A stretch of 64,000 nt of DNA from Tubulanus polymorphus. Taxonomy: Eukaryota; Animalia; Nemertea. The first letter of the stretch is position 1. Each line of letters opens with the position of its first letter. Of the stretch, positions 1 to 11,497 are shown piece by piece. The stretch is taken from the NCBI RefSeq assembly GCF_964204645.1, contig NC_134025.1, positions 25,462,299 to 25,526,298 of the forward strand, written 5' to 3'. Position numbers and translations under genes: made by a program. Below the pieces are notes generated by a model that was given only the letters and a program-made list of their open reading frames with translations, was not told the DNA's origin and did no database searches.

Positions 1-1330
1 CTTCGCTACGTACAGAAAAGCACAGCCTTTGCTCGAGCAAAACCATTTGTGACAGTTCGAAATATAGTAATCAGGGTTCAATTCGTGTAAATTTAAAGGG
101 AGTGTACCCAAAGCATGGGCTCCATCTATCAGAACACGCACACCTCTGAATACAAAAATACACAAGAATATTATGTGCCGTTTTTTCCCAGTAATTTACT
201 GATAACCATTCATCATGAACTTTGAAAATAATACCTTTGACGACAGATATGTATCAAATCTTTAATGGGCAGGATGACAGGAATGTTACTTGGAATATGA
301 TTGAATACGGCAATTTTAGTTCCAGGTTTCAGAGTTCTCTCCACAAGATCTACTATCTGAAAAGCAATTTTTAAGCAACACTAAGTTACAAACGAAGACA
401 ATTTCCATAGTCTGCATGTATATACCATAGCTCTTTAGTTTTTACCTCTTGTTGGCTCTCAATAGGAAAATCAATTCTTTCAACTTGGATTCGTGCGCCA
501 GTTTTTGAACATATATACTTTAGCATCTTCTTAACTCCACCTATCAAAAAGATGATATTCAGTAATTTTTTGGGGATGTAATATCACCAATGGGGTAATA
601 TTACCAGGACATGTAATTACCGTAAGCGATGTTTAGATGATAGATCGTATCCTCAGATGTGAAATCAAGATCTTTTATGACGGCGTTCATTCCAGTACTT
701 GCATTGGGCACCAAAACAATATCACTCGCGTCACAGCCTTGAAATCAATAAGTTCATCAAACTAAATCGAATGCGTAAACTGCACAATACACATAAGGAA
801 TGAAATAATTTACCTATTAATTTCGACAGTTTTCTCGTAGTATGTACTACGAGGGGTAGAACCATTCTATCGATGAACCTCAGTGGTTGTCGTTCTGCAT
901 AGATTTGCCAGGCCTTTAAAAAAACCGTTAGTAGAATGATAAGTATATTCAAATATCCAAGTTTATCAAGGTTACAGAAAAATTCTCACCTGAGCATCTT
1001 CAACTGCAGGTTTTAGAGCAGCTCCAAAAGCACCGTGATTTACAAAACAAAATTCTGGCTCCAAATAGAAACATCTCATTTTGATTTCTTTACCAAAAGA
1101 TAAGTTTGCAGCATAGGCAACATCTTTCACCGGGATAGGTCTGAATGGGGGTTCATATTCATCCTAAAAACGATTCAAAATTTTATGAAAATTCTGAAAT
1201 TGATGTTTGCAAATATAAGGTCAAAATGCAATTAAATGCTTACCTCGGATAAATGTATCAGTTCTTCAACATTGGAAGAATGAAATGATCCGAAATCTCG
1301 TTTTTCCTTTAACTTGATTATTTGATCCAT
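1..1330 (-). CDS. PLP-dependent class V aminotransferase-fold C-S lyase (hercynylcysteine sulfoxide lyase Egt2 / L-cysteine desulfhydrase / isopenicillin N epimerase-like); 3' end lies beyond the window
   Basis: Exons 1244-1330, 990-1163, 814-913 and further exons down to base 1, with GT-AG introns. Spliced translation [14 protein letters not shown]...[11 protein letters not shown]...[11 protein letters not shown]...[12 protein letters not shown]...HIPSN...LIDGAHALG...YYISNCHKW contains the family motifs NHGxFG, DGAH and the PLP-lysine motif HKW. Confidence 0.85.
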
Positions 1331-1434
1331 TTCACATTAGCCTATTGTGGTGGTTCCTATTGTAATTCAAAGATAAAAAAACTATTTGAATAAACTATAC
1401 TAAATTTGAATAAACATGAAATTGCAGACCAGAT

Positions 1435-1562
1435 CAGTCAACCAGCTACCACCCCCAACAATGCCAGATTTTTTTGTTGTGTTGGAACTAGTTTAAATTA
1501 TCTTCTGATATACCGCCAAAATCATACATTGCCAATGTGGGTGGTATTTTGGGGTTTGACTG
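1435..1562. mobile_element. Degenerate Tc1/mariner-type MITE, same family as 6234-6412
   Basis: Begins CAGTCAACC and ends GGGGTTTGACTG followed by TA. Confidence 0.5.
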
Positions 1563-1940
1563 TACATATATGAATAGTAAGTAGAATAAAATATATGAAT
1601 AGTTAGGGGAGAAAAAGATAGTGCTTGCATGCATGGACTTCAGATGTTTGGTGTGGAAAATTTTGAAGACAAGACACGGAGTGCAAGGGGTCTAAGAATA
1701 TTGAGAAGGGATAAATACTTTAAATGAAACTTACCAATTGAATTATCTTATGCAACAACTCTGAAATAATATTTTCCCGATTACCACATGCACAGAGCCG
1801 ATTACATCGTTATCAATTAAATATTGGAACAATTAAATATTGGAACTTCTAACTTCAGAGATCATATAGATATCCCTAAGAATTCATAAGCCAGAAAATT
1901 CATAACATTTTCTCATGTTTCAAAGACTTTGGTCTGTTAC

Positions 1941-2063
1941 ACAGTAGACTCCGATTGGGTATTAAGTATATCGTAGTGTCCCAAAAATTTCAACAAACAT
2001 CAGAATTGAATGGTTACCAGTATTCATCTGAGTTAATTGGATCAGAGTCGAGCAGAGTATACT
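1941..2063. mobile_element. Small Tc1/mariner-type MITE remnant
   Basis: Imperfect inverted ends CAGTAGACTCCG / CAGAGTATACTG, with TA after the right end. Confidence 0.4.
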
Positions 2064-2377
2064 GTACATGTATCAACTATTAGTTTTTTTGTTGCATTCT
2101 TATTGCATTTCCACATATGACACAAAAACAGAAACTCCTTTCACGTGAATGAATCCACTGATAAAAACCAATAGGACAACAAAACATTTTCAGCTATAAT
2201 ATAATTTAATTGCTACAAATAACTGGAATTAATTCATACAGGATACACAACAATGCATGTTTTTGAAACCACAGAAACAAGTCTCTTCATTACTTAAACG
2301 CTCGCTTAGATTTATGATAATGCACGGACTAATATGAACAGAATAAACATTTAGTGTTTTATTCAAACCAATCGAGT

Positions 2378-3556
2378 TTAGACTGGTTTGTAATCCAATT
2401 TCGATTCGAGTTTTTTGTTGTCGGACACTTTTCGTACCGCTTTCATAAAGTCTTCATCGATGACGTAGTCGCGCTCGGAGCGTATAGCGAACATACCGGC
2501 TTCTGTACAGACGTTACGCAAATCGGCGCCGTTGAAATCATCGGATAACTTAACAACGGCTTCCCAGTCAATTTCGCCGTGTTTAGCAATCGGTGCCGCA
2601 TGGATTTTAAGAATGTCCATTCGCGCTTGCTCGTTAGGCAGGGGGATTTCGATCTTTCTGTCGAGTCGACCTGGCCGTAACAAAGCGGGATCTAACGTGT
2701 CCGGGCGGTTCGTCGCCATGATCATCTTCACTTGACCGAGTGCGTCGAAACCGTCCATCTGGTTGAGCAGTTCCATCAAGGTTCTCTGGATTTCACGATC
2801 GGCGGACGTACCCTCGGAGAAACGCCGGCCTCCGATGGCGTCGATCTCATCCATGAATATGATGCACGGTTGATGATCGCGTGCGTAGCCGAACATCTCT
2901 CTGATAAGTCGAGCGCTCTCGCCGATATATTTGTCGACGATCGCGCTTGAAACGACTTTCAAGAAATTGGCCTCCAGTTGAGAAGCGACGGCTCGCGCAA
3001 GAAGGGTTTTACCGGTACCAGGTGGACCGTAAAGCAGACATCCTTTAGGCGGAGTAATACCGACCCTCTGGAACAACTCCGGGTTGAGCAGTGGTAATTC
3101 GATGACTTCCCGCAGTTCACGGATTTGTTCGCCTAAACCTCCGACTTGTGAATAGCTGATATCGCCGGGATCTTCGGACGACATGTTGTAAACGAGAGGA
3201 TCAACTTCTCTAGGCAGGTAACGCATGATCGTAAGGGTGGTCATATCTAGAGCAACTCTAGTGCCTGGTTTCAGCTTGGCTTTATCGATCTGTCTTCTGC
3301 AACCGACGACATAACGAGGGCCGTTCGTAGCTTTCACGATGAACTTGTCCTCCGTCAACTGTTTCAGCACTTCGCCTACTATTTGCCCGACACTTTGAAG
3401 AGCTTTCAAATCATTTTCAGACTTATCGTATTGCTTTGTTAAGTCTTTCAATTGCTCTCTCATCTCTTTCAATCTAGCTTCCAATTCTTTATGTTCGAGT
3501 AACTTTTTCCGATAGTCGGTTAGAGCTTTTTCACGCACGGTATCGACAGTAGCCAT
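2378..3556 (-). CDS. PSMC6: 26S proteasome regulatory ATPase subunit 10B (Rpt4), intronless
   Basis: 392-aa uninterrupted ORF with N-terminal coiled coil, Walker A GPPGTGKT, Walker B IIFMDEID, second region of homology, and the Rpt4 C-terminus [12 protein letters not shown]. Confidence 0.97.
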   Translation of the reverse strand: MATVDTVREKALTDYRKKLLEHKELEARLKEMREQLKDLTKQYDKSENDLKALQSVGQIVGEVLKQLTEDKFIVKATNGPRYVVGCRRQIDKAKLKPGTRVALDMTTLTIMRYLPREVDPLVYNMSSEDPGDISYSQVGGLGEQIRELREVIELPLLNPELFQRVGITPPKGCLLYGPPGTGKTLLARAVASQLEANFLKVVSSAIVDKYIGESARLIREMFGYARDHQPCIIFMDEIDAIGGRRFSEGTSADREIQRTLMELLNQMDGFDALGQVKMIMATNRPDTLDPALLRPGRLDRKIEIPLPNEQARMDILKIHAAPIAKHGEIDWEAVVKLSDDFNGADLRNVCTEAGMFAIRSERDYVIDEDFMKAVRKVSDNKKLESKLDYKPV

Positions 3557-3597
3557 GGTTAATTACGAAAAGCGAGAGGTTTCTAGTCGATTAAATA

Positions 3598-3682
3598 GTT
3601 TATTGTATATTAATACACACACCTTTGACAGATGATTCCTGATTTTGATGACAATCCAAAAAAATATTTAGCTGAGTAATGT
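3598..3682. repeat. Left copy of perfect 85-bp direct repeat (right copy 8446-8530)
   Basis: GTTTATTGTATATTAATACACAC...AGCTGAGTAATGT is identical at both sites. Confidence 0.95.
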
Positions 3683-4380
3683 GCAAAAGGTTGAAAGCCT
3701 GTTTTGGTCGATGGCGAGTGACGTCACTAGTACAAATTCCGAGCGGTTCGAATCCCACAATACGCCAAAATCACTACGGCCGCTCTGAGCGCACATCGCA
3801 TTTAAACGTTGCCATTTAATAATTGTAAAATAACTAATAATAGTTTAAGTTTTATAAGGGTTAGAAGTACATTGTATTTACTGCTAGTGTATGTATATAT
3901 CATGTACGGTTGCGAGAAATCCCTGCCCTGGTTAAACATGAGTCCACTAAACCTTTAAATTTTAAGTTGTTAATGAATCTATTGTTTTAAATTGTTAAAA
4001 CTGCAAACTATGGTTGTCGAAGATGCACCTTCTTCACATCCTTTGAAATCCTGGATAGCATCGCTGTCGGCAAAGACCTTCAGGTCTGTCTTCAACGGCA
4101 CATCGCTTTGGAACAAGCGACTACTGTGTTATCAAATCTGAACTAGGTAAAAAAATGTTCCCCAAAAATAAAGACAAGTAAACGGATTAATTTGAGGTTT
4201 GAATGTTTTTGTTTATTTGTTGGTTCAAATTGAACCCTCGTCATCCTGATCTCCATAAATCTAGGACAAATATTCGCACACTTAAAACAATAAAATACGA
4301 GCAATAAGCAATAACATCAGACTGGAGTAAGTAACTTTACTTAATTCACAGATACAATCCTACACAAAACAATAGCTATT

Positions 4381-4622
4381 CAGTGGCGGATCCGACCCTC
4401 TATTTATTACCGATGTAGCCGCAAATCTATGCGTTACTGACTAAAAACCGAATGAAATCTTTCTATTAAGTAATGCTCAGAATGCACCTGCTTGCATCTA
4501 TTTTCCAAAAAATGTTTAGGGAGGGTCTTCGCGTAATCGGTGCTTGCTCTGGAATGGCTTATAGCCATCTGTTGTTGCTTTCATTTGCCCCCCCCCCCTT
4601 CAAAATGCTGGATCCGCCCCTG
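4381..4622. mobile_element. MITE with CAG(T/G)GGCGGATCC termini nested in the large element
   Basis: CAGTGGCGGATCC ... GGATCCGCCCCTG inverted ends; no clear TSD. Confidence 0.6.
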
Positions 4623-4769
4623 AGTGCAGACAAAATGATCGACAAAGACATACAGAACTCTAAAACAACAGTTAACAATTTAAGCAACGATAGACAAAAC
4701 AGATAGCTGATTACTTTACAAACCTGTTGTCAGAACCTTAATTATTTTTACATGTACACAGAGGTCTGT

Positions 4770-5075
4770 TAACAATTCAACCAATGAAATTGCGATAGAG
4801 ATACAGAACATACAGCTTTAACAGTAAAACAATGCAACCAATGAAATTGCGATAGAGATACAGAACATACAGCTTTAACAGTAGACAATTCAACCAATGA
4901 ATTGCGATTAACTAAGACATACAGGACATACAGGACTAACTTAATTGCGATAGACATACAGGACTAACAGTAAACAATGCAACCAATGAATTGCGATCGC
5001 GATCACAAAGACATACAGGACAAACAGGAATAAACCACAGTAAATTGCGATAAAAAAGACATACAGGACTAACTG
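4770..5075. repeat. Degenerate ~58-bp tandem repeat
   Basis: Recurring ACAAT(G/T)CAACCAATGAAATTGCGATAGAGATACAGAACATACAGCTTTAACAGT unit, about 5 decaying copies. Confidence 0.8.
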
Positions 5076-5792
5076 CAGTAAATATATAGGGCCTTAGGAA
5101 TGCAAAATACATTCATTTTGTCGAATTTAAACATTCCACAACTTATTTCATTATGTCATTTCCAGTTTTCAAAGGGAATTTTCTTAACTTCAGATGCCTC
5201 GAGGACATAAACATATAGAAAGATCTGTCCCAAAAAAATGTCAAGTGTCTTTCTTAGTGCAATGGGCCCTGGTTTTCCACGTTTATATATCACATATAAA
5301 ATTCTACAGAAACAATCAATGAATAAGTGAAAATTTACGAATAACAAACAAGACATTCAAGCGGTTGAGTAAGTTAAAATGGGACCAATCTATATGTATA
5401 TTATATATGGATTATACAATTTAATCAGGGACAGCCTTGAACCGAGGTTGATGTGTCCATACACTCTCTTCATACACTCTCTGAACATGCATGTATGTAT
5501 ACTGCTGCCAATTGATGATAAGTCAAGGATGTTGAAGTTCTAGACATGGTCAGAATCATCCAGAGACATCGGCACGCATCACAATAACTGATGATTTTGC
5601 AGTAACCTGTAACATAAAAAATCAAGCGGTAATCTATTCACAAAATATATTTTCCTGAAAGAGAAAACCTGAAATAGAGCACTATAAACACCAGTGCATA
5701 TACATTGCTTCTTAACCTTATATAAAATCGAGTAAATATATACATTCAGGCCTATAGAAAATCATACAATAGGCCTACAAACTTTTTAGTTA

Positions 5793-6133
5793 GGCTAAAC
5801 AAAAATGATACCTTGTTTCTCCGCAGCGGCCGGGTCATTTTTGTAAAATATGATGAAATTTATAAACAGTTCTTTTCTATAGCGGCCGGGTCTGTTATGG
5901 TAAAATTGATCACGATTTAAAAAAAAGTAATGTATAGGGTAGATAGGTGGCCGGCATATTTAATTAATATATAATAAATTTTGTAAACAGTTCATTTCTA
6001 TAGCGGCCGGGTCTGTTATGGTAAAATTGATCACGATTTTTAAAAAAGTAATGTATAAAGTAGATAGGCGGCCGGCCGGGTCAACATTTAAGCTCAGCAG
6101 AGCGGAGAAACAAGGTATCAATTTTTTTTAGCC
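5793..6133. mobile_element. PIF/Harbinger-like MITE with TTA target-site duplication
   Basis: TIR GGCTAAA(C/A)AAAA(A/T)TGATACCTTGTTTCTCCGC at both ends, flanked by TTA at 5790-5792 and 6134-6136. Contains an internal ~121-bp tandem duplication. Confidence 0.8.
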
Positions 6134-6233
6134 TTAGTTATTCTATATGGTCACCAGGGGGTGTTGAATAGTAGAATAACTTAGCATTAGAGCCCACAGA
6201 TAGAAGAACATATACAGCCTACAAGTAAAACTA

Positions 6234-6412
6234 CAGTCAACCCCCACGATATACTGCCCACATCGATGCAGAACAATATTGACGGTATAGAGAATATAGG
6301 GGGTGTATCGGGGGTGTATTACTATGTATTGGTAATGAGATATTACATTGAGAAAACCTGGCAGAAGGCGGGGATGGCAGTAAATGGGAGGGCGGTATAT
6401 CGGGGTTGACTG
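6234..6412. mobile_element. Tc1/mariner/pogo-type MITE with TA TSD
   Basis: TA|CAGTCAACCCC..CGATATAC ... GTATATCGGGGTTGACTG|TA. Confidence 0.8.
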
Positions 6413-6579
6413 TATAAAGAAATTACCAGGCAAAAATGTTCGAAAAAAAATTTTCATACAAAAATTAAGTTTTCAGAAATTTTTTCCCCATATTTTTCAC
6501 ATGCATCTTATCTCTGCTAAGACAAAGTACATTGTATGTTACCTGTTTTTAAACCTGGAATCACTATTATCTTCAACAG

Positions 6580-7965
6580 GCGAATGGACAGAAAATTGGG
6601 AAAAAGGAATGACCAACTTTTCCCATCCACCATGTAAGGATTGCGGACGAGTAGAGCAAAATGGTAAAGGTGCACGCCTAATCATTTTAGATGCAGGAAG
6701 TCGAAATGGCTTTGTGCCAGGTGCAAACCTGGTTTTTGAAGCAAAAAATGGTTCTGGAGATTATCATCACCAAATGGATGGTAAATATTATTAAGTCTTT
6801 GTTTTCAATATCCATATTAATGTCTATTTCAACTTGGCTTCAGAGCATATCAGATTGCCTAGCTCAGTCAGTTTTGGTGGTAAATATCTGGTAAAGGTCC
6901 TATTGGTTAAGTTTGAATTATTGTCCTCGTTGAAAACATGACAACCCTGATTGTAGACCATTTTTACTCGTCGACAATGTCTTCACACCTGATTGTCATC
7001 CGATTCTATTCGTCGACAATGTCTACAACCCTGATTGTAGACCATTTGTACTCGTCGACAATGTCTACAACCCTGATTGTCGAGTAAAATCGGTCGACAA
7101 TCAGGATTCTAGACATTGTCGACGAGTACAAATGGTCGAAAATCAGGGTTGTAGACATTGTCGACGAATAGAATCGGATGACAATCAGGGTTGTAGACAT
7201 TGTCGACGAGTAAAAATGGTCTACAATCAGGTGTGTAGACATTGTCGACGAATAGAATCGGATGACAATCAGGGTTGTAGACATTGTCGACGAGTAAAAA
7301 TGGTCTACAATCAGGTGTGTAGACATTGTCGACGAGTAAAAATGGTCTACAATCAGGGTTGTCGACATTGTCGACGAGTACAATTGGTCAACAATTAGGG
7401 TTGCAAACATTGTCGACGAGTAGAATCGGTCGACATTTAGGATTGTAGACATTGTCGACGAGTAAAATCGGTCGACGGTTAGAATCAGTCGAATACAGTC
7501 CATGCGGATTAATTTCAAATACCAGTCCGCTGTGATTAGATTCTGCGCAGATCTACTTTTACCTGTTCTGGAGTTGAGCCGAAACTTTTGTGAAACTAGG
7601 CCCAAGGGCCGGTTGCTCAAAAGTTGATTTAAAACAACCTTTGAGCAGCCAGCCCTTCCATAGCATAAATTGCTCTGATTGTGTGACAACTGATATCTCA
7701 AAAAAGTATACCCATCAAAAATATCACTCTCTAATAGTCGTATGAAAAATGCTGATCGCCTACAGCCTACATCAATCATCAATTTCGCAACTAATCATAT
7801 TCTATGTGCTTTTCAGGAGACATATTCGAAACATGGCTCGAGGACCAATTGATTCCAGCATTAGAGGAACCTTCCCTTATAGTCATGGACCAAGCGTCAT
7901 ATCATCTCTGCTTAGTAAAGGAAAGTCAGGCTCCAAAAAGCTCACAGAGTAAAGAAGAGATCAAG
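6580..7965 (+). pseudogene. Two spliced exons of an IS630/Tc1/mariner (DDE_3-like) transposase fragment
   Basis: Exons 6580-6781 and 7818-7965 join in phase (G|GA) to give ...GKGARLIILDAGSRNGFVPGANLVF...GDYHHQMDGDIFETWLEDQLIPALEEPSLIVMDQASYH, matching the VMDNASYH second-aspartate motif. No exons for the first D or the final E were found. Confidence 0.75.
6938..7480. repeat. 42-bp minisatellite arranged as two opposed arrays
   Basis: Unit TCAGGGTTGTAGACATTGTCGACGA(G/A)TA(A/G)AA(A/T)..G..(T/G)ACAA. About 3.5 copies in one orientation (6938-7080), then about 9.5 in the opposite orientation (7081-7480). Confidence 0.9.
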
Positions 7966-8445
7966 GTATTAAAAAACCTAGATGGCCAGTTTTGAAAAAT
8001 TGTTTTCACAAATTCAATTTAAAGACATATTTTAGCGACAATGTGAGTGTGGTGGTAACGTGGCCATGGTGGCAATAACAAGACTCCAAAACTGGCAAAA
8101 GCCAAAATTAAAAAGCCCTGCCGCCGCGCGGTCGCGACCTGCACCACCGTGCACGATGGCGATGCTCGCGGCGTTCACTAGTGTTACCCAGTGAGTTTTT
8201 TATAATCTTGCAATCTACCTCTTTTTTCAAACCAATATTACCACCAACTGGTCCGGAGACAAGCTTAACACGTTCGGAAAACATGATTCACAATCTTTTA
8301 ATCAACAGCCAGCAAGAATACACTTGACAGCAAATTCAAATTCAGCGGTTAACCGTTAAAAGTGAGTTGTTTAGCTTTGGGAGTAACAAAAAGGCGATCT
8401 TGATGACGTCACTAGCCATCGACCAAAACAGGCTTTCAACCTTTT

Positions 8446-8530
8446 GTTTATTGTATATTAATACACACACCTTTGACAGATGATTCCTGATTTTGATGAC
8501 AATCCAAAAAAATATTTAGCTGAGTAATGT
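8446..8530. repeat. Right copy of perfect 85-bp direct repeat (left copy 3598-3682)
   Basis: Identical to 3598-3682; its first G is shared with the end of the right TIR. Confidence 0.95.
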
Positions 8531-8798
8531 AGCAATGGCTTCACAAAGCAAATATGTTTACCATTTGTCACAGGTGTAACAATTTTGAATTTCAGCCTTA
8601 CCTACGTACAGTTAAAGCTATGCTGCTTCCTTACTTAATTTTCCTTTTTCTCTTCCTGTGTACCTAAGCAGTTTTTTACTTTTCTTTGTTGGACTGAACT
8701 CGTGTTCTATTTTGTGAAAATGGTAAATAAAGAAATAATTGAATTGATTCCGAATATTTGACTACAGTTGATGCGTAACAAATTATCTTTCAAAAAAT

Positions 8799-10967
8799 AT
8801 GGCGTCCGCCGAAAGATTCGACGCTATGCTGTTGGGCATGGCCCAACAGTGCGAAGGTGGTGTCCAGGAGGTAAATAACTATTTAAAGTGTTTCATAACA
8901 TACCAGGTATTTATGGAAGTGGTAAAAAAAGTTATACATTCGACGACGACCTCTGTAAATATACGAATGAAGAGGAGTTCAATTGCTTCGCATTCCGATC
9001 CTCGCTCTTCGCTTCCACCCACTTCGTACTCGCTTGCCAGTTAAGTGTAAGTTAACCCAATTCGTAACGCTTCATTTTTTCAGTTATTGGATGTACTTTT
9101 CAATTTTCTTGCAAGAAAGACTGATTTCTATGTCGGTGGTGATGAGAATGCAGCTGAGAAGGTAATATTAAATCCCTTTTCAATCTAGTCACCTTTTCAC
9201 TCAAAACCGAAACCAATTAGGGCCTTTGATTTTCCTTCATCTTAAGTCATTCATCTGATGGACTGCTTCTTTCACTGGGTTAAGGCATTCTTAAGTGGCT
9301 GAGATTAATATTTTCTAAAGAAAATTACACATAACGTCTAAACGGGTCAATTGCTTTGTAGCTCATTCCTGCTATCTTTCAGCTTATCAACGAGAAGTTC
9401 AAGAAATATGAATCCTTTGCAAAAGAAAGAGCCGCGAAAGAACGTGCAGAACGTGAGGCAGCAGAAAGAAGGAGGAAGGAAAGAATTCAAAAAGAAGCGG
9501 AAAAGGAACAACAGAGATATGAGGAGATAAAAAAACAAGAAGCGAAAATTGTTGAATTAACTGATGAGGAGGCAGAAAAATTACAGAAAGAGATTGACAC
9601 TGTATGTATGAATTCTATCGAAAGGAAGAACTGCATTTGTGTACTGTTTTAGTAAGCGCCATAGAATACGTTAAGATAACTTAGAAATCTCTATTGTAGG
9701 AAACAACTGATGAAAATGTTTTCATGATCTTATTTGGGATCATTTAAGATAATGACATCCTTTCATTTTCTGTAATCTTGCCATCTTTTTTTTTCATCTA
9801 ACGAATTTTAGGAGAAAAAGGGTGAAATGCCGTCTTCAAAACAACCCGAAGACAAAGAAAAGGTAGGTTATCTGGTATTTATTTTCTTGTAGCGCGGGAG
9901 TATTGATTGAATAATCAATTTATCTGTGTGTGGTTTAGGCTGCTGAAAACGGTGAAGGAAGTGATGAAGAATCCGAAGAAGACAAGAAGAAAATGAAGCC
10001 AAATTCTGGAAATGGTGCTGATTTGGAACATTACAGTTGGACCCAAACATTACAAGAAGTTGACGTGAGTTCTCTTTTTGTATTTCGAGTGAAGTTTGAA
10101 TATGAATTACTTTCAAATGGTTTTTTTTTTTAATTTTAGCTCAAGATTCCATTCAATGTACCATTCCCTTTGAGAAGCAAAGATTTAGCAATTGAAATAA
10201 AAAAGAAGGTATGTTCTATCAATTTGAAGGAGTTTCACAATGAAGTAACTATAACGAGTTGGGAATACATTTTGAACAATCTATTGCAGCATTTATCAGT
10301 GAAGTTAAATGGAAAACCAGCAGTGATAGATTGTGAATTACATAAGCCTGTGAAAGTGGAAGAGTGTAACTGGTTGATCATAGACAAAAAGCTAGTCCAC
10401 ATCACATTTGAAAAGGTACTCAAGTTTAATACAACAGACAAGTCACCAACAAATTATCTTTTTAGTTGTTTTAAACTATAAAGTCTGTTACTACACATTT
10501 ATGTTTTGGTTCTTCATGTGCAGGTGAACAAGATGGAATGGTGGGACCGACTTATTACAACTGATCCAGTTATAAATACAAAGAAAGTACAGCCCGAAAA
10601 TTCAAAGGTAAGAAAATCCAAACGATTTGTGGGCCAGTCATAAAGTATGGTGTGACATTTTTATATCAATTTTGAATACCTTGTCTTCAGCTCTCAGATT
10701 TGGATGATGAAACTCGTGGTATGGTTGAAAAGATGATGTTTGATCAGAGGCAAAAAGAAATGGGAAAGCCAACATCCGATGAACAGAAAAAGCAAGACAT
10801 GTTGAAAAAGTGAGTCATATTTGCTTGATTTTCACAAATATAAGATATAATTTTGAGAGTTATTTTACTGATCTGCAATGTTCTGGTAACTGAAATCCTT
10901 TTCACATTATTATAGGTTCATGGCACAGCACCCAGAAATGGACTTCTCCCAAACAAAATTCAATTAA
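8799..10967 (+). CDS. NUDC: Nuclear migration protein NudC
   Basis: 10 exons (approx. 8799-8870, 9083-9161, 9383-9601, 9812-9862, 9940-10064, 10140-10208, 10290-10415, 10524-10607, 10691-10809, 10916-10967). Motifs [72 protein letters not shown]. Confidence 0.95.
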
Positions 10968-11497
10968 AATCGCTTGTGAATTGAATGTTCAAAGCTGTGC
11001 TGAGCAAATAAAGTACTGTATGTTACATTTTTAAACGTATTAGTTAACCTGTTTGTTGATTGGTTTGCTAAGTTTTCTACTGGGGCATTTCATTGGATGG
11101 AAAATCTAATGGTATTTTTATTTGCTGAGAATTCCAAAAATGATAAACTCAAGATGATATGATTCAAGCAATTGAAAATCGTTTATTTACAAAATTCTCA
11201 ACAAAAATGTCTATCACTCAATAAGGCAATAAAACAAATTTAAAAATCACTACATTCAAATCATCAGATTTACACACTCATAATATGAGAAAAAAAGCAG
11301 TTTCAGAAATTTCAGCAGTTATTTATTTTCTTCAGCAATCGGCGAAGTGTTGTGTATTTAATTTTTATCTAATATTTGATAATTACAGGAAAATAACATC
11401 AGAAAACCAACTCTAGACTGAATAGCTTTAGCGGCAGTTGTTGAACACACACATCAAGAAAATGTAAAGCCTCGTCATCAAAAATATTGAATTCATT

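Larger units (their letters stand above)
3684..8446. mobile_element. 4.76-kb composite non-autonomous TIR element
   Basis: 43-bp TIRs CAAAAGGTTGAAAGCCTGTTTTGGTCGATGGC[G/T]AGTGACGTCA at 3684-3726 and reverse complement at 8404-8446 (1 mismatch). The interior holds repeats, nested MITEs and transposase fragments. Confidence 0.9.

Noticed and set aside
6938-7480. CRISPR-like array, and the repeat-protein ORFs 7006-7782 and 7132-7398 (CRHCRR repeats)
   Set aside because: Units are contiguous with no unique spacers, there are no cas genes and the context is eukaryotic. The ORFs are by-products of a stop-free 42-bp unit.
11397-11482. Possible minus-strand C/D box snoRNA (TGATGA...CTGA)
   Set aside because: No convincing terminal stem or rRNA-complementary guide, and it lies in the predicted 3' UTR of the 92-aa gene rather than in an intron.
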